Source: Candidatus Izemoplasmatales bacterium (GTDB lineage Bacteria; Bacillota_I; Bacilli_A; Izemoplasmatales; Hujiaoplasmataceae). Taken from it: a stretch of 64,000 nt of DNA. Below, one piece after another: positions 1-10,098 of the stretch. Position 1 is the first letter of the stretch; every line of letters begins with the position of its first letter. The stretch covers positions 448,001-512,000 of the forward strand of contig JBMNEZ010000001.1 of the NCBI GenBank assembly GCA_050949045.1. The letters run 5' to 3'. Position numbers and translations under genes: made by a program. A model generated the notes under the pieces. The model did not search any database and was not told where the DNA came from. It saw only the letters and a list, made by a program, of their open reading frames with translations.

Positions 1-320
1 TCGCCGAAGGCGCAAACAAGCCGACGACGCTCGAAGCGACCAAGCATCTCCAAAACGCCGGTGTCCTGTTCGCTCCCGGAAAGGCCGCCAATGCCGGCGG
101 CGTCGCCGTCAGCGGGCTCGAGATGAGCCAAAACGCGATGCATTATTCCTGGACCTACCGGGAAGTCGATGAGAAACTCCAGCGCATCATGAAGTCCATT
201 TTCCAACTCGCTGATTTAGAAGCCCAAAAGTATACCAAAAGCCGTAATCTCGTGATCGGCGCCAATATCGCCGGATTCATGAAGGTTTATCAAGCGATGC
301 TCGATCAGGGTGTGTATTGA
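1..320 (+). CDS. gdhA: Glutamate dehydrogenase, C-terminal part (5' end outside window)
   Basis: The frame from nt 3 reads AEGANKPTT...LFAPGKAANAGGVAVSGLEMSQN...GANIAGF, which are hallmark GDH motifs. The ORF track shows only the last 65 aa. Confidence 0.93.
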   Translation, partial: AEGANKPTTLEATKHLQNAGVLFAPGKAANAGGVAVSGLEMSQNAMHYSWTYREVDEKLQRIMKSIFQLADLEAQKYTKSRNLVIGANIAGFMKVYQAMLDQGVY

Positions 321-321
321 T

Positions 322-1521
322 ATGGCGGTCATCGAAATCCCCGAATTATTGTTGCCAAAGCCTAATATAGATCTTCACAAATGGGCTTGTATCGCCTGTG
401 ATCAGTTCACCAGCGAAATCGAGTATTGGAACGCTCTCCAGCAATTAGTGGACAATGTTCCCTCGACTTATCGTTTGATCCTCCCTGAAGCCTATCTCGA
501 AATGCCTTTCGAGACAAGGATCAAGGCGATCAATGAGAACATGGACCTCTATCTCCGTTCGAATATCTTCACCGGTTTGAAGGGCATCGTCCTTGTCGAC
601 AGGAAGACCCCGATGAATCCGCAGAGGACGGGACTGATGGTGTTGATCGACCTCGATAGTTACGAATACATTGAAGGCCGCCGGGGCAAGATCATCGCTT
701 CGGAAAAAACCGTTCCGGAACGGATTCCTCCCCGAGTCAAGATCCGTGAAAACGCAAAACTGGAGCTTCCGCATGTCCTCGTTTTGATCGATGATAAAGA
801 AGGCATCATCAACGAAATCCACAGGAAACGCAATAATTACTCGATCATTTACGACTTCGAACTGAATATGAACGGCGGTCATGTGACCGGCTATCATATC
901 AAAGACTGCGAGCAACTAATCAGCCGCCTGTCGGACGCCGTTTTAAAGACACCCCTCATCGTCGGCGACGGCAACCACTCGGTTGCGGCCGCCAAGGTCT
1001 GCTGGGAGAAAATCAAAGAGACATTGAGTCCGGAAGAACAGGCTCTGCATCCCGCCCGCTATACCCTTGTCGAGTTGATCTCGATCTATGATAAAGGCCT
1101 TGCCTTTGAGCCGATTCACCGCATCATTTATGATGCCGAGGATGATTTCGTCGATGAAATGAACCGAGTCAGCTACGGTTCGGGAGCGTTGAAAATCATT
1201 CACGGAAAAAATGAGGAATTCATTCCTGCGCCCGACAGCCCCTTTGAAACGATCAAGTGGGTCCAAAAATTCCTTGATGATTATCTCGAAAATCATCCCG
1301 AGACGACTATCGACTATGTCCACGGGATGACGAGTCTCAAATCGATAATCAAGCAAAAGAAGAATGCCGTCGGCATCGTCATGCCGCCGCTTGCGCGAGA
1401 CCAGCTTTTCCCCTATGTCATGAATCAAGGAGTCCTGCCGCGCAAAGCCTTCTCCTTGGGAGAAGCCATTGAAAAACGCTATTATCTGGAAGCCAGAATC
1501 ATCACAAATGAGAGGAGATAA
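322..1521 (+). CDS. DUF1015 family protein
   Basis: WACIACDQFTSE, EKTVPERIPPRVKIRENAKLELPH, IVGDGNHS and LPRKAFSLGEA motifs; typical neighbour of serC/serA; ATG at 322. Confidence 0.85.
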   Translation: MAVIEIPELLLPKPNIDLHKWACIACDQFTSEIEYWNALQQLVDNVPSTYRLILPEAYLEMPFETRIKAINENMDLYLRSNIFTGLKGIVLVDRKTPMNPQRTGLMVLIDLDSYEYIEGRRGKIIASEKTVPERIPPRVKIRENAKLELPHVLVLIDDKEGIINEIHRKRNNYSIIYDFELNMNGGHVTGYHIKDCEQLISRLSDAVLKTPLIVGDGNHSVAAAKVCWEKIKETLSPEEQALHPARYTLVELISIYDKGLAFEPIHRIIYDAEDDFVDEMNRVSYGSGALKIIHGKNEEFIPAPDSPFETIKWVQKFLDDYLENHPETTIDYVHGMTSLKSIIKQKKNAVGIVMPPLARDQLFPYVMNQGVLPRKAFSLGEAIEKRYYLEARIITNERR

Positions 1522-1524
1522 ACA

Positions 1525-2607
1525 ATGAAACGCGTCTTCAACTTCTCCGCCGGACCGGCGGTGCTCCCGGAGCCTGTTTTGGAAAAAGCGGCTGCCGAGA
1601 TGCTGAACTACAACAATACCGGAATGTCCGTAATGGAAATGAGCCATCGCTCGAAAGCTTTTGAGGCAATCATCCTCGAGGCCGAAAGCAATCTCAAGAA
1701 ACTGATGAGCATCCCCGATAATTACAGGGTTTTGTTCTTACAAGGCGGAGCCCACCTTCAATTCTCGATGGTCCCCTTGAACCTGATGAGAAACAAGGTC
1801 GCCGATTTTATTATTACCGGTGTCTGGGCCAAACGCGCTTTCGCCGAAGCAAAACGCTACGGCGATGCCCGCAAGATCGCCTCGAGCGAGGACAAAATGT
1901 TCTCCTACATTCCCGACTGCTCCGATCTTTTGATTTCCGAGGACGCCGATTATGTTTATATCTGTGAGAACAACACGATCTACGGGACTAAATTCCACAC
2001 CTTGCCCAACACCAAGGGCAAAGACCTCGTCTGCGACATGTCTTCTTGCATCCTGTCAGAACCCGTCGATGTTTCCAAATATGCCTTGATCTTCGCCGGC
2101 GCCCAGAAGAACATCGGTCCCGCGGGGACGGTCGTCATCATCATCCGCGAGGATTTGATCACCGAAAACTTCCTTCCGTTCACGCCGATGATGCTGCAAT
2201 ACAAGATCCACGCGGATAACGGTTCGATGTACAATACGCCGCCGACCTATGGCATCTACATCTGCGGACTCGTTTTCCAGTGGCTTCTTGATCTTGGTGG
2301 CTTAGAGAAAATGAAAACTCTCAACGAGGAAAAAGCCAAATTGCTCTATGATTTTCTCGATGGTTCGACTTTGTTCAAGGGCTCGGTCGAAAAGAAAGAC
2401 CGCTCTTTGATGAATGTCACTTTCGGCACCGGCAAGCCCGAACTTGACGAACTCTTCGTCAAGGAAGCCAAGGCTCAAGGCTTCGACAATCTGAAAGGCC
2501 ACCGCAGTGTCGGGGCGATGCGCGCTTCGATCTACAACGCGATGCCGAAGGCAGGCGTCGAGGCGCTTGTCGGGTTTATGCGGAATTTTGAGAAGGTGCA
2601 CGGATGA
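1525..2607 (+). CDS. serC: Phosphoserine aminotransferase
   Basis: FNFSAGPA, EMSHRS, GAQKNIGPAG (PLP lysine), YNTPP, GHRSVG.MRASIYNA. Confidence 0.97.
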   Translation: MKRVFNFSAGPAVLPEPVLEKAAAEMLNYNNTGMSVMEMSHRSKAFEAIILEAESNLKKLMSIPDNYRVLFLQGGAHLQFSMVPLNLMRNKVADFIITGVWAKRAFAEAKRYGDARKIASSEDKMFSYIPDCSDLLISEDADYVYICENNTIYGTKFHTLPNTKGKDLVCDMSSCILSEPVDVSKYALIFAGAQKNIGPAGTVVIIIREDLITENFLPFTPMMLQYKIHADNGSMYNTPPTYGIYICGLVFQWLLDLGGLEKMKTLNEEKAKLLYDFLDGSTLFKGSVEKKDRSLMNVTFGTGKPELDELFVKEAKAQGFDNLKGHRSVGAMRASIYNAMPKAGVEALVGFMRNFEKVHG

Positions 2608-3758
2608 TGAAAGTAGCCTGCCTGAATAAGATATCCCCTCTTGGAACCAAGAGACTACCCAACAATTACGAGATCATCGAAGATCCGAATAATGCCGAAC
2701 TGATTCTGGTCCGCAGCGCCAACATGCACGAATTTCCGATCCCCCGAGGATTGCTCGCTGTCGCCAGGGCCGGAGCCGGTGTCAACAACATCCCGCTCGA
2801 CAAGATGGCCGAGGCGGGTGTCGTCGTCTTCAATACTCCCGGTGCGAACGCCAACGGGGTCAAGGAACTTGTCCTCGCGGGCTTATTGCTTTCGGCCAGG
2901 GATGTTGTCGGCGGCATCAACTGGGTCAAGGACAACAAAGCCGACCCCGACATTAACAAGACCGTAGAAAAGGCGAAAGCCGCCTTTGGCGGCACCGAGA
3001 TTTTCGGCAAGACGATCGGCGTCATCGGCCTTGGCGCCGTCGGCGCCAAAGTCGCCGAGGCGGCGGTGGGTCTCGGCATGAAGGTCATCGGTTACGATCC
3101 CTATCTAGCTCCGGAGTCGCAAGCTAAGTTGCCACAAGACATCAAGATCGAAACCCGGCTTGACGATGTCTATGCCGAAAGCGACTATCTGACGCTGCAC
3201 TTGCCTTTGCTTGACTCGACCAGACATTTGATCGATGCCAAGGTTTTCCAAAAGGTAAAACCCGGAGTGGTCCTTTTGAACTATAGTCGCGACCAGCTCG
3301 TCGATGACAACGCTTTGGAAGAAGCCTTGAAATTAGGCATCGTCAAGAAGTATGTGACCGACTTTCCAAACCATAAGACCGCGAATATGGCCGGTGTGAT
3401 CGCCATTCCCCATCTCGGGGCTTCCACCGAGGAATCCGAAGACAACTGTGCGATGATGGCCGTCGACCAATTGGTCAACTTTGTTGAAGAAGGTTCGATC
3501 AAGAACGCTGTCAACTACCCGAATATCTGTGCCGGCAAACCGAGCGTCGTCAGCCGCGTGCTGATTTTAAGACGCGCCGATGACGGTTTCCTTGCCAAAC
3601 TGGATAAGGCACTTTCAGGAAAGGTTGAAGTCAAAAACATCGCCGACAAGACCAACCAACAATATGCTGTAACCGTCGTTGATTTCGCCTTGAAGTTCTC
3701 CAATACTGATTTGATTGATCAGCTTGATGGTGTCATCAGAACGCGGATTGTTAAATAA
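2604..3758 (+). CDS. serA: D-3-phosphoglycerate dehydrogenase
   Basis: ARAGAGVNNIP, NTPGANANGVKEL, GVIGLGAVG Rossmann motif, PHLGASTEESEDNCA; overlaps the serC stop. Confidence 0.93.
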   Translation: MMKVACLNKISPLGTKRLPNNYEIIEDPNNAELILVRSANMHEFPIPRGLLAVARAGAGVNNIPLDKMAEAGVVVFNTPGANANGVKELVLAGLLLSARDVVGGINWVKDNKADPDINKTVEKAKAAFGGTEIFGKTIGVIGLGAVGAKVAEAAVGLGMKVIGYDPYLAPESQAKLPQDIKIETRLDDVYAESDYLTLHLPLLDSTRHLIDAKVFQKVKPGVVLLNYSRDQLVDDNALEEALKLGIVKKYVTDFPNHKTANMAGVIAIPHLGASTEESEDNCAMMAVDQLVNFVEEGSIKNAVNYPNICAGKPSVVSRVLILRRADDGFLAKLDKALSGKVEVKNIADKTNQQYAVTVVDFALKFSNTDLIDQLDGVIRTRIVK

Positions 3759-3765
3759 AATCGAT

Positions 3766-3803
3766 AAGGCCGGACGATCCTTAAAAGGAGAGGCCGGCTT
3801 TTT
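3766..3803 (+). terminator. Probable intrinsic terminator of the gdh-ser operon
   Basis: AAGGCCGG...CCGGCTT stem with an inner TCCT/AGGA pair, followed by a T run. Confidence 0.5.
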
Positions 3804-3921
3804 CATTTTAATCGCATATTTGATAATTGTCAGTCTTTTGTCAAGGCAAATGTGATATGATGATTAATGGTGACATCAATATTACCGTTTCTCAAATATT
3901 ATTTGATCGTGAGGTGACCGG

Positions 3922-5664
3922 ATGGAGATTCTAACTTTAAAAGGCAGAGATTTGTATCTCGCTTTTATTGCCGGCGCCCGCAAACTGATCTGCAAAAAAG
4001 ATCATTTGAACAAGATTAATGTCTTTCCCGTTCCCGATGGGGACACCGGGACCAACATGTCATATTTGATGCAGACGATCATCAACGAGGCGAAGCCCTC
4101 CGATGATCTTTCGGTGACAATGGATTCGATCGCCAATGCCGCGATCACCGGTTCAAGGGGCAACTCCGGGATCATCATCTCCGAGTATTTCAGCGGCCTC
4201 GCCGAAAAACTCAAAGGCAAGGCAGCCGCCGGGCTCGCCGATTTCAAGGAAGCGATCGCCCATGCCGTAAACAAAGCCTACCGTGCGCTCATCAATCCGG
4301 TCGAGGGGACAATTTTGACCGTGCTCAGGAAAGCTTTCGACATCCTCGACCATCAAGACAGCTTCAACTCCTATTTCAAGACCTCGCTCGCCAATGCGAA
4401 GATCGCCCTGGAAGAAACGACCAAAGAGCTTGAAGTCTTGAAAAAGAACAATGTCGTCGATGCCGGAGCTGAAGGTTTCACCGCTTTTTTGGAGGGCATC
4501 AACTACTATCTCGAGACCGGTGACTCCCAAGTCCCGACCGCGCAGGCAGAGGTTGAGCCCTTCCTTGATGTCCACGACATGGTCGTTACCGAAAGATACT
4601 GCACCGAAGCGCTTCTAATCAATGTCAACCGCACTGCGGAAGATCTCCGCAGTCTGTTCAAGGATGACGGCTCGAGCCTGATTGTTTCCGGAAAGCATGA
4701 GAAGATGCGGATCCATATCCATACCGATCATCCGGACCGCTTTTTCCTCAAACTCCGGAATTACGGTCAGATTCTCGACCAAAAGGTCGATGACATGATC
4801 CGCCAACAGCGCTCTCTGAGGCCGGACCGGCCGAGGATCGCGCTCGTGACCGATACGATTGCGGACATCCCTTCGGAGTTGCTCGACCAATACAATATTC
4901 ACCAGTTGCCGATGAATTTGATGGTCGATGATGTTTCTTACATCGACCGCTTCTCGATCTCGGCCACGACTTTCTATGAACTCCTCAAGAAGGCGAATTC
5001 GTTTTCTTCGACGCAACCCGACAAACGCACGATCGAACGCACCTTCGATTTTCTCAGTGATCACTATGACCAGATTCTCGTGATCACGGTTTCAAGCAAG
5101 ATGAGCTCCACCTACAACACCTTGGTCCAATATCAGAAAACAAACCCCAAGCTGACTGTTTTCGATTCGCGCCAAAATTCCGGGAGCGAGGGGCTGATCG
5201 TCCTCGCCGCCGCACGGCTGATCGAAGCGGGAAAACCATTGGATCTGGTTGTAGAAGAACTGAGTAACATCGCGAAGCGGACCAAGATCTATGTCTCTGT
5301 CAAAACCCTCAAATACATGGTCAAGCAGGGGCGGGTGTCCAAAGTTACCGGATTGTTGGCGAAGATCATGAATTTGAAGCCGGTCGTCTCGATCGACAGC
5401 GAGGGCAAGGGGATCATCAAAGAGAAAGCGCTCAGTCTCAGAAGAAATCAGAAACAGATCGTCAAACTGCTTCAGAAACGTCCGCTTGAAGAGTATGTCA
5501 TCGTTCATGCTCTAGAGCCGGAACGGGCTCAGAAACTGGCTCAAAGAATCGAGAAAGCGACCGGCAAGAAAGCTTCCTATATCACGGAGATCTCGCCGAT
5601 CGTCGCCATGAACGCAGGCATCGGCGCCGTCGCCGCCGCTTGTATCTATCAAGAAGAGATCTAA
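3922..5664 (+). CDS. DAK2 (FakA-like) / DegV (FakB-like) fusion protein
   Basis: N-terminal NKINVFPVPDGDTGTNM and GSRGNSGII (DAK2); C-terminal IALVTDTIAD, SSTQP, SSKMSST and YMVKQGRV (DegV). Confidence 0.9.
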   Translation: MEILTLKGRDLYLAFIAGARKLICKKDHLNKINVFPVPDGDTGTNMSYLMQTIINEAKPSDDLSVTMDSIANAAITGSRGNSGIIISEYFSGLAEKLKGKAAAGLADFKEAIAHAVNKAYRALINPVEGTILTVLRKAFDILDHQDSFNSYFKTSLANAKIALEETTKELEVLKKNNVVDAGAEGFTAFLEGINYYLETGDSQVPTAQAEVEPFLDVHDMVVTERYCTEALLINVNRTAEDLRSLFKDDGSSLIVSGKHEKMRIHIHTDHPDRFFLKLRNYGQILDQKVDDMIRQQRSLRPDRPRIALVTDTIADIPSELLDQYNIHQLPMNLMVDDVSYIDRFSISATTFYELLKKANSFSSTQPDKRTIERTFDFLSDHYDQILVITVSSKMSSTYNTLVQYQKTNPKLTVFDSRQNSGSEGLIVLAAARLIEAGKPLDLVVEELSNIAKRTKIYVSVKTLKYMVKQGRVSKVTGLLAKIMNLKPVVSIDSEGKGIIKEKALSLRRNQKQIVKLLQKRPLEEYVIVHALEPERAQKLAQRIEKATGKKASYITEISPIVAMNAGIGAVAAACIYQEEI

Positions 5665-5668
5665 CCAC

Positions 5669-5695
5669 AGACAGGCTGACACCTGTCTTTTCTTT
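5669..5695 (+). terminator. Intrinsic terminator
   Basis: AGACAGG-ctgaca-CCTGTCT followed by a T-rich tail. Confidence 0.7.
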
Positions 5696-5777
5696 GTCTA
5701 ACAATCGTGAAACTGATTTAAATAAACCATGGTATAATCATTAATAGGAGAAAGATGAGCGTATTGAGGAGAATTTT

Positions 5778-6656
5778 ATGGTTATAAGATTACACCCTTT
5801 GTTTGCCCCGAAGCTTTGGGGTGGGAATCGAATCCGGGCGATTTACGGCGATCACGTCAGCTCAAAAATCGGTGAATGTTGGGGTCTGTCCGCCCACAAG
5901 TCGGCGAGCAATCTAGTCGCCAATGGTCCTTATGTGGGAACCACTCTTAGGGAACTCTACCAGAAAGAACGCCCGCTTTTTGGAAATTACCCCGCGCCCG
6001 AATTTCCGATTTTGATGAAGTTGATCGACGCCGCCGATGATTTAAGCATCCAGGTCCATCCCAACGAAGCTTACGCGCAAAAATTGGAGCATCAGCACGG
6101 CAAGGATGAGTGCTGGTATGTTCTCGACGCCGCCGGCGATGCTTCGATCATCATCGGGCATAACGCCTCAAGCCCCGAGGAATTTTTAAGGTTTGTAGAA
6201 AACGGCGATTACGAAGGCTTGATGCAAAGGCATCCGGTGAAACCGGGAGACTATTTCTATATCCCCGCCGGAACCGTCCATGCCATCTGTAAAGACACGC
6301 TTTTGTTTGAAGTCTCGCAATCGAGCGATCTTACCTACAGGCTCTACGACTACGACCGTCTCAATGATGGGCATCCGCGGGAGTTGCATCTTGAAAAAGC
6401 GCTTGCGGTCATCGACTACCAGAATAAGGAGCTCATCAGAACCCATCAAGCTCGGTTTTTCAAGTTTCAACTCATGGATAATAACGGGCAACGAGGCGTA
6501 ACGGCCGACCGTTACGGCGATTATCTCCATGTTTTGTCTGGCTCTGGAACTATCGATGGTGAAACGCTTAAAGCCGGCGACTTTCTAATGGTCCCGGCGC
6601 TTGAAAAATACGCATTGCAAGGCTCATTCAAGTATGTCTTGGTCAATCTGATGTGA
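5778..6656 (+). CDS. manA: Mannose-6-phosphate isomerase, class I
   Basis: KLWGG, GECW, FPILMKLIDAADDLSIQVHP, KDECWY, IPAGTVHAI, TYRLYDYDR. Confidence 0.92.
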   Translation: MVIRLHPLFAPKLWGGNRIRAIYGDHVSSKIGECWGLSAHKSASNLVANGPYVGTTLRELYQKERPLFGNYPAPEFPILMKLIDAADDLSIQVHPNEAYAQKLEHQHGKDECWYVLDAAGDASIIIGHNASSPEEFLRFVENGDYEGLMQRHPVKPGDYFYIPAGTVHAICKDTLLFEVSQSSDLTYRLYDYDRLNDGHPRELHLEKALAVIDYQNKELIRTHQARFFKFQLMDNNGQRGVTADRYGDYLHVLSGSGTIDGETLKAGDFLMVPALEKYALQGSFKYVLVNLM

Positions 6657-6796
6657 ATCAGTGAAGCAACTCAAAGGGATCGATTATCAATGCGGCTGTC
6701 GATCCATTTGGACGTTGAAGATTTCCGGTCATTTCTACTTGCATTTTAGTATAAAAAAAGATACAATATAGCAGTGACTGATTGGAGGATTCAAGA

Positions 6797-6946
6797 ATGC
6801 GCGTTCAATTTATATTAAGATGCACCGAATGCAATGAGGAAAATTATAATTATTCCAAAAATAAAAAAACCCATCCTGACCGCATGGAAGTAAAAAAATA
6901 CTGCCCGCGATGCCAGAAGCAGACGCTTCACAAGGAGAAAAAATAA
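6797..6946 (+). CDS. rpmG: 50S ribosomal protein L33 (zinc-ribbon form; not in the ORF track)
   Basis: Manual translation [57 protein letters not shown] upstream; CxxC...CxxC. Confidence 0.96.
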   Translation: MRVQFILRCTECNEENYNYSKNKKTHPDRMEVKKYCPRCQKQTLHKEKK

Positions 6947-6968
6947 CTTCAGCGATGAAGTTTTTTTC
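6945..6968 (+). terminator. Intrinsic terminator after rpmG
   Basis: AACTTCA-gcga-TGAAGTT plus a T run. Confidence 0.7.
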
Positions 6969-7003
6969 TTCTTATAGATTCTTAATCTAGAAAGGCGAGA
7001 CCA

Positions 7004-7639
7004 ATGACAATCAAAGTTTTCAATGACAATACCATTGAACAAAATGCTTATCTCCTCGTAAAAGGCAAGGATGCCATCATCATCGATCCCGGTTTCAATG
7101 GCGAGGCCATCCTTGAAGAGTTGCGGGTCTTGGGAGTGAAATTGACCGATGTTCTCATCACCCACGGACACTTTGATCATATCCGCGATCTCGTTTTGAT
7201 CGGGGAAAACCATAATTTCTCCATCCATATCCATGAGGCCGACGCATCATTTCTAAAAGACGACGAAAAAAACTGCGCGAGATTATTCAACTCGCATTTT
7301 ACCCTGCCACTGACTTTTAAAGTGATCACCCACTGCGACGGCGATGTGATCGAGACCTTGGGGGAAAGGATAACTGTTTTCCATACACCTGGGCATACCG
7401 CCGGCAGCGTCTGTTATCATCTGGGCGAGCGTCTGTATACCGGCGATACCCTGTTTCAAGACGGCATCGGCCGTACCGATCTCTACAGCGGATCCCTGAA
7501 GGCGATCAAGATCTCGCTCGCCCGCATCCGGGATAGTTTTTCCCGGGCAATTGATATTTATCCGGGACACGGTCCCAATGCACCTCTCGGTGACATTTTG
7601 AAGAGAATTCCATATCTGTGGAGACTTCCGGCTAGTTAA
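7004..7639 (+). CDS. MBL-fold metallo-hydrolase (glyoxalase II/YqgX-like)
   Basis: THGHFDH, HTPGHTAGS, TGDTLF, GRTD, YPGHG. Confidence 0.9.
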   Translation: MTIKVFNDNTIEQNAYLLVKGKDAIIIDPGFNGEAILEELRVLGVKLTDVLITHGHFDHIRDLVLIGENHNFSIHIHEADASFLKDDEKNCARLFNSHFTLPLTFKVITHCDGDVIETLGERITVFHTPGHTAGSVCYHLGERLYTGDTLFQDGIGRTDLYSGSLKAIKISLARIRDSFSRAIDIYPGHGPNAPLGDILKRIPYLWRLPAS

Positions 7640-7761
7640 GACTGTAATCACCGATGATTTTTTTGACGGCGAATTGGCGGTGCCTACTGAAAAAGAATAA
7701 TTGTCGACCACATAATAAAGCGGACTGATCCAAAGACCAGCCCGTTTTTTTATTTACTTTC

Positions 7762-8880
7762 TCAGTAGATGATCAGGAGAACTCCGGAAATGATGAGGAT
7801 GTAGACAACGCTGATGAACGTGTAGGTCAACAAGTAGTTTTTGCCTTCCCGAGGGAATTCCCGCAACACGAACTTGAGCGTGATCAAACTGGCAAGCGAG
7901 CCGATGATCGAACCCATCGCGCCCACATTTACTCCTTGGACCAGACTTTGCCAGTATGTTTTCGGAGTGAAAGTCGAAAGCAAGACCGCCGCCGGGACAT
8001 TCGACATGAACTGGCTGAACATCAGCCCACTCAGATATACTTTGAGCGAACTGTCAAGGAACTTGGAACTGAAATCGACGAGCGGTTGCCAGCGGCTGAT
8101 GTTGTAGGTGAAGATAAAGAAACTGATGAACGTCAATAGCAGGTGATAATCGACTTTTTGGAACAAATGGGGATAGAAGGCGGCTGTGATGACGATGGCG
8201 GCGATCAGAGCCCAAAAGGCCGGCAGGACTCTCAGGATGACCAACAGGACGATCAAAAACAAAACGATTTCAATTATGAGTTTGCGATTGTCTAGTTTTG
8301 GTTCGACCAAGACCGGCTTGATGAAGGTATTTGGTAAGAGGAAATAGGTGGTGCCGACGATCAGGATGAAAGCCGTCACGGTGATCGGCCAGGTCGCACC
8401 CATAAACTCACCGAAGCCAAGTCCGTAAAGTTGGTAAAGGTAGATATTCTGCGGATCGCCCATCGGGGTGAGAGAACTGCCCATATTGGCCGCAAATGTC
8501 TGCAAGATCACAATCGTGAGCGAATAGCGTTCCGATTGGGTTTGTTTCATCACAATCAAGGTAAAGGGAACAAGCGTCAGCAACACTGCATCGTTGGTGA
8601 TCCACATTCCGATGAAGAAAGTCGCCATGACGATGATCAGGCCGACATAGCGGATTGTGAAGACCTTGCTCGTGAGCGTGATCGCGATTTTGGTGAAAAG
8701 ATTGGCTTCACCCATCCCGGCGATTGAGAGCATCAGGGAAAACATGATGATGATCACATCAAAGTTGATCGCTTTGACGGTGGACAAGGTCGGTGGGAAG
8801 AAGAATAAGGACAAAAGCGCAAGCGAACTTGCGATCAAAAAGACCTTGTCCCGCCAGAAAAAACCCGCGATCCGCCGCAC
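7762..8880 (-). CDS. ArsB/NhaD/CitMHS-superfamily membrane permease
   Basis: Multi-TM protein with WITND, AANMGSSLTPMGDPQNIYL, SQFMSNVPAA and GSIIGSLASL motifs. Confidence 0.8.
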   Translation of the reverse strand: MRRIAGFFWRDKVFLIASSLALLSLFFFPPTLSTVKAINFDVIIIMFSLMLSIAGMGEANLFTKIAITLTSKVFTIRYVGLIIVMATFFIGMWITNDAVLLTLVPFTLIVMKQTQSERYSLTIVILQTFAANMGSSLTPMGDPQNIYLYQLYGLGFGEFMGATWPITVTAFILIVGTTYFLLPNTFIKPVLVEPKLDNRKLIIEIVLFLIVLLVILRVLPAFWALIAAIVITAAFYPHLFQKVDYHLLLTFISFFIFTYNISRWQPLVDFSSKFLDSSLKVYLSGLMFSQFMSNVPAAVLLSTFTPKTYWQSLVQGVNVGAMGSIIGSLASLITLKFVLREFPREGKNYLLTYTFISVVYILIISGVLLIIY

Positions 8881-8995
8881 AAGAAACGCCCCCTCGGTAA
8901 CATCGCCTATATTATAGCGTTTTTGATGAAAATAGCAACCGCTAACCTCGCGATACGCCCTGTTTTTAGGATCAGGGAGCGTTAATAAGAATATC

Positions 8996-9022
8996 TTAGC
9001 ACTCTATGCTTGACTTTGCTAA
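8996..9022 (+). promoter_or_regulatory. CIRCE element 1 (HrcA operator, imperfect), overlapping the -35 box
   Basis: TTAGCACTC-N9-CTTTGCTAA versus consensus TTAGCACTC-N9-GAGTGCTAA. Confidence 0.8.
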
Positions 9023-9038
9023 TTAGCTCTTGTATAAT
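9010..9038 (+). promoter_or_regulatory. SigA promoter of the hrcA operon
   Basis: TTGACT-17 nt-TATAAT. Confidence 0.85.
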
Positions 9039-9042
9039 GGTG

Positions 9043-9069
9043 TTAGCATTCAAATAGATTGAGTGCTAA
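9043..9069 (+). promoter_or_regulatory. CIRCE element 2 (HrcA operator)
   Basis: TTAGCATTC-N9-GAGTGCTAA, one mismatch to consensus, directly before hrcA. Confidence 0.93.
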
Positions 9070-9080
9070 GGGGTGAGGAT

Positions 9081-10094
9081 GTGTTGACCAAAAGACAGGA
9101 AACGATCCTGAAACTCATCGTTGAAGAATATGTGAAGACGGCGGAACCGGTCGGCTCCAAAAGCCTCACCACTTTTCTTGATTTTTCGCCCGCCACGATC
9201 AGAAACGAGATGAGCGACCTTGAACAGCTCGGCTATCTCGAGAAGACTCATACTTCGAGCGGGCGCATCCCTTCGGAGAAGGGCTATCGTCACTATATCG
9301 AACAAATCGGGAAAGATCTCGAAAACGACACGGAAGGTTATTTTGAATTTGAAAAGATCTTCGCAAAACGCGACATTCAGCGCGAGGAGATCATCAAGCA
9401 GGCGATCGACCTTTTAAGCCAGGTCACGAACTGCACGGCGATCGCCCTCGGGCCGAACGCCTACAATTCCCGGGTCAAGAAAGTTCAGATGATCCCGCTC
9501 AAGGAGACCCAGGCCCTGATCCTCGTGATCACCAACTTCGGCTATGTCGAGAATAAGCAGATTACGCTTTCGGAAGATATGGACGTTGAGGAAATGATCA
9601 AGGTCATCGATCTTTTGAATGAGATGCTCGTCGACACACCGATCTCGAAAGTGTCGGAGAAACTGCACTATGAGATTCAGCACAGTCAGATCAAGGAACT
9701 GCTCAAGTACCGTGACACGATCGTCGATTCCTTTATTGAGGCTTTCGCTAAGTTCGCCGAAACCCGTTACTATCTGACCGGGCATTCAAACATGCTCTAC
9801 CAGCCTGAATACAACAGTATCTCAAAACTCCGCGAATTCATCCAGACGATCGAAAACAACGAGATCTTCAAGGTTATCGACACTTCGGTCGACGGAGTCA
9901 GCGTCAAGATCGGCACCGAAAACAAGGTCACAGCGATGCAGGATTGCACCGTCGTCAGTTCGACCTATGACACCGGAGACGGGGAGAAAGGCACGATTTC
10001 AGTCGTCGGCCCTACGAGGATGGATTACCGCAAAGTCATCAAACTGATCCAATATATTGCCAAAAATATTGAAAAGTTATACGAGGAGGAATGA
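9081..10094 (+). CDS. hrcA: Heat-inducible transcription repressor HrcA
   Basis: EPVGSK, SPATIRNEMSDLE.LGYLEKTHTSSGRIPS.KGYR, VGPTRMDY; CIRCE upstream. Confidence 0.97.
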   Translation: MLTKRQETILKLIVEEYVKTAEPVGSKSLTTFLDFSPATIRNEMSDLEQLGYLEKTHTSSGRIPSEKGYRHYIEQIGKDLENDTEGYFEFEKIFAKRDIQREEIIKQAIDLLSQVTNCTAIALGPNAYNSRVKKVQMIPLKETQALILVITNFGYVENKQITLSEDMDVEEMIKVIDLLNEMLVDTPISKVSEKLHYEIQHSQIKELLKYRDTIVDSFIEAFAKFAETRYYLTGHSNMLYQPEYNSISKLREFIQTIENNEIFKVIDTSVDGVSVKIGTENKVTAMQDCTVVSSTYDTGDGEKGTISVVGPTRMDYRKVIKLIQYIAKNIEKLYEEE

Positions 10095-10098
10095 CTTA

